Below are positions 36,774 to 48,375 of a stretch of 64,000 nt of DNA, piece by piece. The position numbers and the translations under genes are program-made. The stretch lies in the NCBI GenBank assembly GCA_024231905.1, contig JAAEQC010000092.1:88726-152725 (forward strand). The letters are read 5' to 3'. This DNA comes from a bacterium (GTDB lineage: Bacteria > Krumholzibacteriota > Krumholzibacteriia > LZORAL124-64-63). The notes beneath the pieces are model-generated. The model did not search any database. It saw only the letters and a list, made by a program, of their open reading frames with translations, and was not told the DNA's origin. Within the stretch, counting starts at the first letter, position 1; each line of letters begins with the position of its first letter.

Positions 36774-38783
36774 ATGGGACGTTTCCGGCTCGTCGCACCA
36801 TTCTCGCCTGCAGGCGACCAGCCCACGGCCATCCGCAGCCTGGTGGACGAGGCGCGGCGCGGCACCCGCCACCAGACCCTGCTGGGCGTCACCGGCTCGG
36901 GCAAGACCTTCACCATGGCCAACGTAATTGCCGAGCTCGACCGGCCGGCCCTGGTCTTCAGCCACAACAAGACCCTGGCAGCCCAGCTCTACGGCGAACT
37001 CAAGGGCTTCTTCCCCGACAACGCCGTCGAGTATTTCATCTCCTACTACGACTACTACCAGCCCGAGGCCTACATCCCCTCCACGAACACGTACATCGAG
37101 AAGGACACGTCCATCAACGACGAGATCGAACGCCTGCGGCTGCGGGCCACCAGCAGCCTGCTCGCGCGGGAGGACGTCATCGTCGTGGCAAGCGTCTCGG
37201 CCATCTACGGGCTGGGCAATCCGGCCACGTTCAAGGAGAGCCGCATCAGCCTACGGGAAGGCATGGAGCTGGACCGGGACGACTTGCTGGCGGATCTGAT
37301 CCGCGTCCAGTACCGGCGCAACGATATCGAGCCCGACCACGGCACCTTCCGCGCCCGGGGCGACACGGTGGAGATCCGTTCGGCCATCGAGGACCGGGTG
37401 TTACGAGTGGAGTTCTTCGGCGACGAGGTGGAAACCCTGACCTGGGTCGAGCCCCTCACCGGCCGCGGGCTGGGGCGGGCGCCGGACGCGGTCATCTATC
37501 CGGCCGCCCAGTTCGTCACCGCTCCTGGCGGGGTGGACGGTATCTTGGACGCCATCGGGCTCGACCTTGAGATTCGACTGGGCGAACTGGACGAGCAGGG
37601 CCGCAACCTGGAGGCCCAACGCCTGGCTTCGCGCACCCGATACGACATGGAGATGATCCGTCAGGTGGGGCACTGCGCCGGCGTGGAGAACTATTCGCGC
37701 TACTTCGACCAGCGCGCGGAAGGGGAACGTCCCGCCTGCCTGCTGGACTATTTTCCCGACGACTACCTCATGATCATCGACGAATCCCACGCCACCGTTT
37801 CCCAGATCGGCGCCATGTACCACGGGGACCGTTCCCGCAAGTTGAACCTGGTGGAACACGGCTTCCGCCTGCCCAGCGCCCTGGACAACCGGCCCCTGAA
37901 ATTCGACGAGTTCGAGGGACTGGTGCCGACGACGGTGTACGTCTCGGCCACCCCGGCGGACTACGAGTTGGAGAAGTCCGGCGGCGTCGTGGTGGAGCAG
38001 GTCATCCGGCCCACGGGACTGGTGGATCCGCCCGTCTCAGTCCTGCCAGTCCGGCACCAGGTGGACGACCTGCTGGAGCGGATCCGCGTGGTCGCCGCCC
38101 GCAGTGAGCGCGTGTTGGTGACGACCCTCACCAAGAAGATGTCCGAGGATCTGACCGGCTACCTGGCCCAGGCGGGCGTGAAGGTCACCTACCTGCACAG
38201 TGACATCACGGCCCTGGACCGCATCGAGATCCTGCGCAACCTGCGCCTGGGTGAGACCGACGTGCTGGTGGGCGTGAACCTGCTGCGCGAGGGTCTGGAC
38301 TTGCCGGAGGTCTCCCTGGTAGCGATCCTGGATGCGGACCGTGAGGGTTTCCTGCGCTCGGCCCGCAGCCTCATCCAGACCTCGGGGCGGGCGGCGCGCA
38401 ACGTCCGGGGCGAAGTCGTCATGTACGCCGACCGGGTGACGCGTTCCATGCAGGCGGCCCTGGACGAGACGAACCGGCGCCGGGCCCGACAGCTGGCCTG
38501 GAACGAAGAGCACGGCATCGAGCCGCGGACGATTTTCAAGAGCCGCGAGGAGATCCTCCAATCCACCGTGGCGGCGGGTGACCGCAGCGAGACGCCGCGG
38601 ACCGACGCGGAAGAACGGCCCTGGGAGGCGATTATCGGCGGGGGCGGCACGCCACAGGAGATCGTGATCATGCTCGAGATCGAGATGGAGAAGGCGGCCG
38701 AGACCCTGGAGTTCGAGACGGCGGCCCGGATCCGGGACCGCCTGGAGGAACTCAAGGCCCAGTGGGGCATCGGAGGACGATGA
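36774..38783 (+). CDS. uvrB: excinuclease ABC subunit B
   Basis: [35 protein letters not shown] and a C-terminal UVR motif ([15 protein letters not shown]). Confidence 0.95.
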   Translation: MGRFRLVAPFSPAGDQPTAIRSLVDEARRGTRHQTLLGVTGSGKTFTMANVIAELDRPALVFSHNKTLAAQLYGELKGFFPDNAVEYFISYYDYYQPEAYIPSTNTYIEKDTSINDEIERLRLRATSSLLAREDVIVVASVSAIYGLGNPATFKESRISLREGMELDRDDLLADLIRVQYRRNDIEPDHGTFRARGDTVEIRSAIEDRVLRVEFFGDEVETLTWVEPLTGRGLGRAPDAVIYPAAQFVTAPGGVDGILDAIGLDLEIRLGELDEQGRNLEAQRLASRTRYDMEMIRQVGHCAGVENYSRYFDQRAEGERPACLLDYFPDDYLMIIDESHATVSQIGAMYHGDRSRKLNLVEHGFRLPSALDNRPLKFDEFEGLVPTTVYVSATPADYELEKSGGVVVEQVIRPTGLVDPPVSVLPVRHQVDDLLERIRVVAARSERVLVTTLTKKMSEDLTGYLAQAGVKVTYLHSDITALDRIEILRNLRLGETDVLVGVNLLREGLDLPEVSLVAILDADREGFLRSARSLIQTSGRAARNVRGEVVMYADRVTRSMQAALDETNRRRARQLAWNEEHGIEPRTIFKSREEILQSTVAAGDRSETPRTDAEERPWEAIIGGGGTPQEIVIMLEIEMEKAAETLEFETAARIRDRLEELKAQWGIGGR

Positions 38784-39676
38784 TGGCCAGCGACGTCGAA
38801 ACCACTTTTCCCGCCGGACCGGCCACGACCGCCCTGGTGCGCGCGGCCCTGGCCGAGGACGTGGGCTTCGGCGACGTGTCCACGGCCGTGACCGTCCGCG
38901 TGGGGACCCGGGCCACGGCGAGCCTGCGGGCCCGACAGCCCGGTACGGTGGCGGGGTTGCCGCTGCTGGACCTGGTCTTCGGTGAACTCGATCCGGCGGT
39001 CCGGGTCGAACGCCTGGTGCCCGACGGGACGATCGTGGCGCCCGGCGACCCGGTGGCGCGCCTGGACGGCCCGGCCGCCGCCGTGCTTACGGGCGAGCGC
39101 ACGGCCCTGAATTTCCTGCAGCACCTGGGTGGCATCGCCAGCCTCACGTCCCGCTACGTGGCGGCCGTGGCGGGCACCGACTGCTTGGTCCTGGACACCC
39201 GTAAGACCCTGCCCGGGTGGCGCGCCCTGGCCAAGTACGCCGTGCGCTGCGGCGGTGGACACAATCACCGGATGGGCCTCTACGACCGGGTCATGCTCAA
39301 GGACAACCACTGGGCTGCCGGCGGCGGCCGGGTAGCCGAGTTGGTGGCCCGGGCCCGTCGGGACCACCCCCGCCTGGCGGTGGAAGTGGAAGTGGACGAC
39401 ATGGACCAGTTCGACCGGGTGCTGCCCCTGGACGTGGAGTGGATCCTTCTGGACAATTTCCCGGTCGAGGGAGTGGTCGAGGCCGTGGCCCGACGCGATG
39501 CCGTCGGCAGCTCCACCCGCCTGGAGGCCTCGGGCAACGTGGACCTGGACACCATCGGCGCCTACGCCCGGGCCGGCGCGGATGCGGCCTCGGTGGGGCG
39601 CTTGACCCACTCGGCGCCGGCGCTGGACCTGGGCCTGGATTTCGGACTGGACGAAGCCCCGGAGTCCCGGTCGTGA
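38780..39676 (+). CDS. nadC: nicotinate-nucleotide diphosphorylase (carboxylating)
   Basis: ATG 38780 overlaps the uvrB stop (ATGA); the next ATG at 38783 is equally possible. [24 protein letters not shown] and [14 protein letters not shown] signatures. Confidence 0.9.
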   Translation: MMASDVETTFPAGPATTALVRAALAEDVGFGDVSTAVTVRVGTRATASLRARQPGTVAGLPLLDLVFGELDPAVRVERLVPDGTIVAPGDPVARLDGPAAAVLTGERTALNFLQHLGGIASLTSRYVAAVAGTDCLVLDTRKTLPGWRALAKYAVRCGGGHNHRMGLYDRVMLKDNHWAAGGGRVAELVARARRDHPRLAVEVEVDDMDQFDRVLPLDVEWILLDNFPVEGVVEAVARRDAVGSSTRLEASGNVDLDTIGAYARAGADAASVGRLTHSAPALDLGLDFGLDEAPESRS

Positions 39677-40587
39677 AGGCCCCGAGCGGCGGCGGTCCGA
39701 TCCACCGGGACTGGTTTGGTCTGGATGTGTTCCGTCCGGGTCCCCGCTTCACGCGTCACGGCGCGGTCCTCTATCTGCTGGACGAGGTGGGTAGCACCAA
39801 CGCCTTCCTGCTCGGCCGCGGAGACGCCGCCGAGGGGCGACTTTGCGAGTGGGACGGCTGGGGCTGGCAGGCCAGGGAACGGGCGCACCAGGATCCGCCG
39901 GGGCTTCCGCGGCCCGGGACGGTGGTCGTGGCCCGGCGCCAGATCGCGGGCCGGGGTCGGCAGGGCCGCCAGTGGTTCGACTGCGGCGGTCTGAACCTTT
40001 CGGTGCTCGTGCCCGAACACCGGGCCTCCTTCGCCCGCGGTTTTTCCGTGTGGCTGGGGCTGATCACCGTGCTCACGCTGCGGGAGGAGTTCGACCTGGA
40101 CGTCCGTCTCAAGTGGCCCAACGATCTCCTGGTCCAGGGCCGCAAGCTGGGGGGCATTCTGGTTGAAGCCGTCACCGGGGACGGTCCGGCCGTAGTGGCG
40201 GCCGGTTTGGGACTGAACACGGAAGTCGGACCGGCTGGTTTTCCGCCCGAATTGCAGGGCAACGCCACAAGCATCCGTTGCGAGACGGGCCGCACGCCGC
40301 GCCTGGGGGAACTGGCCGGACGCATCCTGGCCCGGGTGGAGGAGGGCCTCGACGCCTTCGCCGCCGAAGGCTGGCAGCCCTTCCGCCCGGCCCTGGCCTG
40401 CCTGGACTGCCTGCTCGGGCAACCGGTGCGGCTGGTATCAGGCGACCGGATCTGGGAGGGGCGCGCCGCGGGGCTCGACGATGGCGGACGGTTGCTGCTG
40501 AAGGATGCCGCCGGCAAGGTCGAGGCCCACCCGGTGGGCGACGTCCACCTGGTGCCCACCACCGGCGACGGAGAGGAAACACCGTGA
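39673..40587 (+). CDS. birA: biotin-[acetyl-CoA-carboxylase] ligase (no N-terminal HTH)
   Basis: GTG 39673 overlaps the nadC stop (GTGA). LDEVGSTNAF, GRGRQGRQW and KWPNDLLVQGRKLGGIL signatures. Confidence 0.85.
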   Translation: MKAPSGGGPIHRDWFGLDVFRPGPRFTRHGAVLYLLDEVGSTNAFLLGRGDAAEGRLCEWDGWGWQARERAHQDPPGLPRPGTVVVARRQIAGRGRQGRQWFDCGGLNLSVLVPEHRASFARGFSVWLGLITVLTLREEFDLDVRLKWPNDLLVQGRKLGGILVEAVTGDGPAVVAAGLGLNTEVGPAGFPPELQGNATSIRCETGRTPRLGELAGRILARVEEGLDAFAAEGWQPFRPALACLDCLLGQPVRLVSGDRIWEGRAAGLDDGGRLLLKDAAGKVEAHPVGDVHLVPTTGDGEETP

Positions 40588-41357
40588 AGGCCCTGGTCAT
40601 CGATGCAGGAAACACGCGCCTGGCCTTGCGGGGGCTGGACGGCGAGGACCAGCTTCCGCGGTTGTGCGCGGCGCCGGGGACGCTCCGTCCTCTGACGGAC
40701 CTGGGCCATGTTCCGACACCTCACTCGAAGGACGAACTGGAGCGCCTTCCCCAGATCCTGGGACCGCTCCTGGACGCCGCCGGCTCGGGGCCAGTGGTCC
40801 TGTCGAGTGTCGTGCCCGCGGTGACCGCCGTGGTCCGGTCCCTGCGCCCCGGCGTGACGGTCATCGATCACCGGACCGACTTGCCCTTCGCCCTGGCCGT
40901 GGGCGACCCGGCCGCCGTGGGTGCCGACCGCTACTGCAACGTGGCCGCCGCCGTGGCGGCGGGCCTGGACTCGGCCATGGTCATCGACGCAGGCACGGCC
41001 ACCACCTTCGACGTGCTGTCCGGCGGCAAGCATCTGGGCGGGATCATCGCTCCAGGCATGGCCTTGGCCGCCGAAGCTCTGGGCATACGGGCGGCGCGCC
41101 TGCCGGAGGAACCCTTCGCCGAGGCGCCCCTGATCGCCGCCACCACCACGGCCGCGGCCATGCGGGCGGGCGCGTGGCACGCCGGACGGGGCGGAGTCGC
41201 CGCCGTGGCCGGTGGTCTGCTGGCTGCCCACGGTCCCCTGCAGGTGGTCGTCACCGGCGGCCTGGGTTCGCATCTGGTGGACCTGGGATTCCATGATGGG
41301 GACTGGACCCTGCGGGGCGCCGCCTGGCTGGCCCTCGGCCGTCCCGCTGCCGGCTGA
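40584..41357 (+). CDS. coaX: type III pantothenate kinase
   Basis: GTG 40584 overlaps the birA stop (GTGA). LVIDAGNTR, GADRYCN, VIDAGTATTFD and GGIIAPG signatures. Confidence 0.85.
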   Translation: MKALVIDAGNTRLALRGLDGEDQLPRLCAAPGTLRPLTDLGHVPTPHSKDELERLPQILGPLLDAAGSGPVVLSSVVPAVTAVVRSLRPGVTVIDHRTDLPFALAVGDPAAVGADRYCNVAAAVAAGLDSAMVIDAGTATTFDVLSGGKHLGGIIAPGMALAAEALGIRAARLPEEPFAEAPLIAATTTAAAMRAGAWHAGRGGVAAVAGGLLAAHGPLQVVVTGGLGSHLVDLGFHDGDWTLRGAAWLALGRPAAG

Positions 41358-41495
41358 CGATTCCGCAATTGATCCTGCCATAAGTCACCGCCGGCCCTGT
41401 CATGTTGGCAGATCGTGTCCCCTAACGCTGTTTCCCCCGAATTTTGCCGCTTTTTGCTTGCGGCTCTTGTCTCTCTTCTTACTTTACGCTCCTGA

Positions 41496-41522
41496 TTAGC
41501 ACTCAAGGGCTGAGACTGCCAG
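41496..41522 (+). promoter_or_regulatory. CIRCE-like (HrcA-type) operator upstream of groES, right arm degenerate
   Basis: TTAGCACTC-N9-GACTGCCAG versus consensus TTAGCACTC-N9-GAGTGCTAA. The left arm matches 9/9 and the right arm 6/9. It lies 46 nt upstream of the groES ATG. Confidence 0.5.
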
Positions 41523-41567
41523 ACCGGCGGCGGCCCGGATCAATGGACCCCGGATGGAGGTAGCAGA

Positions 41568-43569
<2,002 letters not shown>

Positions 43570-43592
43570 CCCGCTTCCATGGACTGGGACGA

Positions 43593-43626
43593 CGGCGGCC
43601 CCTCGACGGAGGGGCCGCCGTTTTTT
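43593..43626 (+). terminator. rho-independent terminator after groEL
   Basis: Perfect 12-bp stem cggcggcccctc / gaggggccgccg with a 4-nt loop, followed by TTTTTT. Confidence 0.85.
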
Positions 43627-43674
43627 GTCCATCCTTCCTTGGACCCATCGTCGAAACGGCTTAGACTGCCGCCC

Positions 43675-44790
43675 ATGCGAATTCTTCATCTGGGCAAGTA
43701 CTACCACCCCCGCCGGGGCGGCATGGAGACCGTGTTGCGGCACCTGGCCGAGGGCACGGCCGCGCGAGGCCACCGGGTGGACGTGCTGGTGGCGGGTCAC
43801 GCTGCCGATAGCACCAGCGAAGCCGTGGCCGGTGGCGGCGTCCGTGTCACCCGGGCCCTCACCTGGGGCGAAGTCGCTTCCCAACCCGTCACACCCACCC
43901 TGGCGGGACTGGTCCGCCGGATTCTCACCCAGGACCGGCCGGACCTGGTCCACCTACACCTGCCCAATCCCCTGGCCTGTGCGGCCTGGCTCATGGCGAC
44001 CGCCGGCGGCCCGGCGCCACCCCTGGCCGTGTGGCACCACGCGGACATCCGCCGCCAACGCCTGGGGCGGTTTTTCGTTCGGCCGTTACAGCGGTTGTGC
44101 CTGGAACGGGCGGCGGGCGTTTGTGTGTCTTCCCAGGCGTTGCGGGTGGCTTCGCAAGAGCTGAAAGGCCTGGAGGAAGGCGTGCGGGTGGTGCCTTTCG
44201 GCCTGCCGGAAGAGCCCTGGTCTGCGCTGCAGCCGCGGCGCGACGGGCCGTTTCTCTTCGTGGGACGCCTCGTGCCCTACAAGGGGCTGCGGGTGCTGCT
44301 GGACGCTCTGGCCAGGACGCCGGCGGGCCGGCTGGTGGTGGTGGGCGACGGACCCTTGCGGCGACAGCTCTGCGAACTGGCGACCCAGCCCACGCTATCC
44401 GGCCGGGTCGAACTGACGGGTGAGCTGGACGAGCCGGACCTGCTGGCCCGGCTGGAAGAGGCGCGCGCCCTGGTCCTGCCCAGCCTCGACACCAGCGAGA
44501 CCTTCGGCCTGGCGCAACTCGAGGCCATGGCCGCCGGCGTGCCGGTGGTGGCCAGCGACCTGCCCACGGGCGTGCGCGAGTTGGGCGTGGAGGGGGAGAG
44601 CCACCTCTACGTGCCGCCGGGCGACGCGGCGGCCCTGGCGGCGGCCCTGGACCGTCTCCAGGGCGATGACGAACTCACGGCGCGGCTGGGCGAAGGCGCC
44701 CGCCGCCGCGCCGCCGCCTACGGCCGTGACCGTATGGTGGACGAACTGCTGGACTGGTACGGGACCCTCCTGGGTCCCACGGAGGCATGA
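43675..44790 (+). CDS. glycosyltransferase, GT4-like (GT-B fold)
   Basis: ATG 43675 (MRILHLGKYYHPRRGGMETV). C-terminal donor-binding block LPSLDTSETFGLAQLEAMAAGVPVVASD. Confidence 0.8.
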   Translation: MRILHLGKYYHPRRGGMETVLRHLAEGTAARGHRVDVLVAGHAADSTSEAVAGGGVRVTRALTWGEVASQPVTPTLAGLVRRILTQDRPDLVHLHLPNPLACAAWLMATAGGPAPPLAVWHHADIRRQRLGRFFVRPLQRLCLERAAGVCVSSQALRVASQELKGLEEGVRVVPFGLPEEPWSALQPRRDGPFLFVGRLVPYKGLRVLLDALARTPAGRLVVVGDGPLRRQLCELATQPTLSGRVELTGELDEPDLLARLEEARALVLPSLDTSETFGLAQLEAMAAGVPVVASDLPTGVRELGVEGESHLYVPPGDAAALAAALDRLQGDDELTARLGEGARRRAAAYGRDRMVDELLDWYGTLLGPTEA

Positions 44791-45422
44791 CGGTGGAGTT
44801 CCGCTTCTTCGATCCCTGGCATGGATTCCTGCCCCGGGAATGCGGGCACGTGGTGTCCTGCGCCGGCGCGGGGGCCAAGACCGGTCTGCTGGCGGCGTGT
44901 GCCGAGGTCCTGGCGTCGAACGGCGCTCCGGTGGCCGCCCCCGGGCATCCTGAGACGGACCATGAGCGCCTGGTCATGGTCCTGGCCGATGCCGAGGTCG
45001 GCCTGCCGGCCGCCGTGCCGGAAGCATCGCCGCCGGTCTGGCCCACGCGAACCTCCCTGGCGCTCCTGGTCATGGGTGCGGACGCGGTGGGGTCCCGTGC
45101 GGGTGAGGTGGTGGCCGGTTTCGGCGCCGGGTCGCCGCTGTTGCCGGGGCTCGGTCCCGACGATCTGCTGGAGTGGGACCATCTTGCGGCCCTGGTCCTG
45201 GAACCCGGCGGCTATTTGGACGGCGTGCCTCCTGAAGTACCGGTGGCCCTGGTACTCACTGGCCTGTCCGAACAACCGGACTCCATCGGCCTCTTCGCCT
45301 GCGTGGACCGGTTCATGGCCCATCCCCGGTTGCCCATCGTGGTCCTGGGAGATCCCGATGCCGAACCGCCGGTCCTGCGCGCGGCCTACCGTGCCGACGA
45401 AGGGGAACCGGACGTCGATTGA
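44787..45422 (+). CDS. hypothetical protein, weak resemblance to YqeC-type accessory proteins
   Basis: ATG 44787 overlaps the glycosyltransferase stop (ATGA). VVSCAGAGAKTGLL (imperfect P-loop-like), LLVMGADAVG and LVLTGLSE blocks. Confidence 0.4.
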   Translation: MTVEFRFFDPWHGFLPRECGHVVSCAGAGAKTGLLAACAEVLASNGAPVAAPGHPETDHERLVMVLADAEVGLPAAVPEASPPVWPTRTSLALLVMGADAVGSRAGEVVAGFGAGSPLLPGLGPDDLLEWDHLAALVLEPGGYLDGVPPEVPVALVLTGLSEQPDSIGLFACVDRFMAHPRLPIVVLGDPDAEPPVLRAAYRADEGEPDVD

Positions 45423-45460
45423 ACGGTTTACCGGGCAGGATCCCGCTGAACCGCGCGTTG

Positions 45461-45489
45461 ATTGACACCCCGCTGGGGCGCGCGTATAT
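45461..45489 (+). promoter_or_regulatory. near-consensus sigma-70-type promoter upstream of exported TPR gene
   Basis: TTGACA (45461-45466), 17-nt spacer, TATATT (45484-45489). Confidence 0.55.
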
Positions 45490-45586
45490 TCATCGGGATC
45501 CCGGAATCTCCGGGCATTTTTGTGTTTCCCGGACCCAGCGCCCCCATGGAGGTAACCCCGTGGCCCCGACGAGGCAAAAAACCAGT

Positions 45587-46741
45587 ATGGCCGTGCGTGC
45601 GGCTCTCCTTTCGCTTTCGCTCCTGCTGATTCCGGGCCTTGCCGCCGCCCAATGCCTGCCGGGCCAGATGCAGGAGGCCAACCTGGCCTACCAGTCGGCG
45701 GCCCAGTTCCTGTCCCAGCAGCAATGGGACCAGGCCATCGCACGCCTGCAGTCCATCGTGTCCGTGTGCCCGGAGCACGTGGACGCCACTCGCGGCCTGG
45801 GGACGGCGTTCTTCGCCAAGAAGGACTTCGCCACTGCAGCGGAGCACTACGCCACGGTCATTGACCTGCGCAGCGACGAGGTGGAGGCCGGCGACTTCGC
45901 GAACCTGGCCAAATCCCTGGCCCAGCAGAAGCTCTACAAGGAGGCTCGCGCCGAGTTCATGAAGGCCGAGGTGCTGGCGCCGGACGACTGCGGCGTGCTG
46001 TTCAACCTAGGCGTCATGCATTACGCCTCCGGGTTCTACACCCAGAGCGTGGACGTCCTTGAGCACGTGCTCAACGTGGACGCTTGCGAGCGCGCCAAGG
46101 CACCGGCTTTGAAGCAACTGTCCAAGTCCGCCACCAAGGCTGCCGAGCAGCAGCGCCGGGCGGGCAACAACACCAAGGCCACCTACTACACGGACCTCGC
46201 TTCCCAGTACGGGGGCCAGGCCGGTGGGTCGACCACCTACGACATGGTCAAGCAGAAGATGCGCGCGCAGGATTACGCCGGAGCCATCGACCTGCTCGAG
46301 CAGATGCTGGCCCAGAATCCGGACCAGCCCAACGCGCTGCTCACCCTGGCCCGCGCCCGGGACGCAGCCGGTCAGGAAGCGGCCAGCGTCGGGTCCTACC
46401 GGAAGTATCTGGCCCTGAAGCCCGACAACACCGCGGAGATCGGCGCCATGATCCAGGTCATGGTTGAGGCGGGCCAGTGCGCCGATGCCAAGGCGGCCGC
46501 CACCCAGGCCCACGCGGATCACGCGGCCATGGGCCGCCAGGCCCTGGCGCCCATCCTCTACTCCTGGGGACTGGCCCTGGAATGCACCGGTGAGTTTGAT
46601 ACGGCCAAGGCCAAGTTCGGCCAATGCGCGGCCAGCGGTCACCAGAAGTACGCCTCCTCGGCCCGCCAGCAGGTGGGGCGCATGGACGACTTCCTGGCCA
46701 TGGAGGAAGCCGAGCGGAAAAAAGCCCGCCAGGGTGGATGA
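45587..46741 (+). CDS. exported tetratricopeptide-repeat protein
   Basis: ATG 45587. Signal peptide LLSLSLLLIPGLAAA|QCL. Multiple TPR-like units (e.g. ATRGLGTAFFAKKDFATAAEHYATVIDL). Confidence 0.7.
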   Translation: MAVRAALLSLSLLLIPGLAAAQCLPGQMQEANLAYQSAAQFLSQQQWDQAIARLQSIVSVCPEHVDATRGLGTAFFAKKDFATAAEHYATVIDLRSDEVEAGDFANLAKSLAQQKLYKEARAEFMKAEVLAPDDCGVLFNLGVMHYASGFYTQSVDVLEHVLNVDACERAKAPALKQLSKSATKAAEQQRRAGNNTKATYYTDLASQYGGQAGGSTTYDMVKQKMRAQDYAGAIDLLEQMLAQNPDQPNALLTLARARDAAGQEAASVGSYRKYLALKPDNTAEIGAMIQVMVEAGQCADAKAAATQAHADHAAMGRQALAPILYSWGLALECTGEFDTAKAKFGQCAASGHQKYASSARQQVGRMDDFLAMEEAERKKARQGG

Positions 46742-46766
46742 TCCGCCGCAGATGTGGCATATTGCA

Positions 46767-46801
46767 CCGCGGACCGGTTGAGCCGGTCCGCGGCTCTTTT
46801 T
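46767..46801 (+). terminator. rho-independent terminator after TPR gene
   Basis: 11-bp stem ccgcggaccgg / ccggtccgcgg with a 5-nt loop, followed by ctcttttt. Confidence 0.75.
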
Positions 46802-46834
46802 GGCCCTCTGACGCGACCCTGGAGGATCCCTGAC

Positions 46835-47989
46835 GTGGCCCGACCCGATCGCCTCCCGCCCTATCTCTTCTCCGCCATCGACGCTGCCAAGAACGCCGCG
46901 CGGGCGGCTGGTCGTCCGATCGTCGACCTGGGCGTAGGCGACCCGGACCTGCCCACACCGCGACCCCTGGTGGAGGCTCTGGCCGCCGCCGTGGCCGACC
47001 CGGCCGGCCACCGCTATCCCGCCCAGCGGGGAGCGGAGATCCTGCGTAGCGCTGTGGCGGATTTCATGGGCAAGCGCTATGGCGTGACCGTGGATCCGGC
47101 TACCGAGGTCCTGGTGCTCATCGGTTCCAAGGAAGGCCTGGGCCACTTGCCGCTGACCTGCGTGGAGGAGGGCGACAACGTTCTCGTCCCGGACCTGGGC
47201 TATCCCGTGTACGGCCAAGCGACCATCCTTGCCGGCGGCGAGCCGCGGCCGTTTAAGCTGCGCGAGGAACGGGGCTTCCTGCCCGAGGCGGCCGAACTGT
47301 CGGACCTGGCCGACGAACGCACACGCCTGCTCTTCCTGAACTATCCCAACAATCCCACCGGTGCCGTGGCTGAGGCGGACCACTGGCGGGCCTGGGCCCG
47401 GGTGGCGCAGGAACGGAACCTGGTCATGGTCAACGATGCGGCCTACCTGGAGGTGACCCTGGACGGCAGCCGGCCGGCCAGCATGTTGGCGGCGGTGGAC
47501 CACCGCGCCGACCGGGTCGTCGAACTGCACAGCTTCTCCAAGCTCTTCAATATGACGGGCTGGCGCATCGCCTTCGCCGTGGGCCACGCCGACGTGGTCG
47601 GTGCCCTGGGCCGGGTCAAGGAGAGCATGGACAGCGGCGTCTTCACGCCCATCCAGGAGGTGGCCGCCAAGGCCCTGGGACCGGATTTCGACGACCTCCG
47701 CGCCGGCGTCATGGCGCCTTACGCCCGCCGCCGGGAGATGATCGTGCCGGCGCTGGAAGAGGTGGGCTTCGAGGTCTTCCCCTCTCGGGCGACCTTCTAC
47801 GTATGGGCCCGCGTACCGGTGGGCGAGACCTCCACGGATTTCTGCGCCCGTGCCCTGGCCGAGTGCGATCTGGTGGTCACTCCCGGCACGGGATTCGGCA
47901 CTGGGGGCGAGGGCTGGTTCCGCATCAGTCTCACCGCCGCCGACGAGGACGTGGCCACGGCGGCCGAACGCTTCCGGGGGTGGCGGTGA
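46835..47989 (+). CDS. class I/II aminotransferase, LL-diaminopimelate aminotransferase-like
   Basis: GTG 46835 with GGAGGA 8 nt upstream (the ORF-track start 46754 would run through the terminator). LPPYLFSAID, VDLGVGDPDLPTP, NYPNNPTG and SFSKLFNMTGWR. Confidence 0.75.
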   Translation: MARPDRLPPYLFSAIDAAKNAARAAGRPIVDLGVGDPDLPTPRPLVEALAAAVADPAGHRYPAQRGAEILRSAVADFMGKRYGVTVDPATEVLVLIGSKEGLGHLPLTCVEEGDNVLVPDLGYPVYGQATILAGGEPRPFKLREERGFLPEAAELSDLADERTRLLFLNYPNNPTGAVAEADHWRAWARVAQERNLVMVNDAAYLEVTLDGSRPASMLAAVDHRADRVVELHSFSKLFNMTGWRIAFAVGHADVVGALGRVKESMDSGVFTPIQEVAAKALGPDFDDLRAGVMAPYARRREMIVPALEEVGFEVFPSRATFYVWARVPVGETSTDFCARALAECDLVVTPGTGFGTGGEGWFRISLTAADEDVATAAERFRGWR

Positions 47990-48375
47990 TGGACCGGATC
48001 CGCCTGCAGGGCATCGACGTCTACGCCCATCACGGCGTGCATCCGGCCGAGCGCGAACTGGGCCAGCGCTTCGTCATCGACGTGGATCTGTGGGCCGACT
48101 GCGAGGAGGCGGTTCGCAGTGACGATCTGGCCCGGGCTCTGGACTACACGGCCGTGCACCGCCTGGTCTGCGAGACAGCGGCCGGGACCAGTTGCCAGCT
48201 CATCGAGGCCGTGGCCGGCCGCATCTGCCGCGACCTGTTGCGGGCCTTCGCCGTGGAGCACGTGGAGGTCACTGTCCACAAGCCCAATCCGCCCATCGCC
48301 AATTTCCTCGGCCGCGCATCGGTGACCGTAGCCCGCGACCGTGCCTGGCTCGCCGCCCGGGAGAGCGGGTCGTGA
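47989..48375 (+). CDS. folB: dihydroneopterin aldolase
   Basis: ATG 47989 shares 1 nt with the upstream stop (TGATG). IRLQGIDVYAHHGVHPAERELGQRFVIDVDL, DYTAV and VTVHKPNPP. Confidence 0.85.
   Translation: MDRIRLQGIDVYAHHGVHPAERELGQRFVIDVDLWADCEEAVRSDDLARALDYTAVHRLVCETAAGTSCQLIEAVAGRICRDLLRAFAVEHVEVTVHKPNPPIANFLGRASVTVARDRAWLAARESGS

Noticed and set aside
39217-40587. ORF-track starts that extend birA (39217), coaX (40278), panC (50170), folB (47803), folK (48192) and the deoxynucleoside kinase gene (48832) far upstream.
   Set aside because: The extensions overlap the preceding well-supported genes in another frame and translate to low-complexity Arg/Pro/Gly sequence. Family-typical N-termini begin at GTG/ATG codons that overlap the upstream stop codons.
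46754-46834. Upstream ATG start for the aminotransferase.
   Set aside because: It would place a strong hairpin-plus-T-tract terminator (46767-46801) inside the coding region. GTG 46835 has a GGAGGA RBS and gives the family-typical N-terminus.
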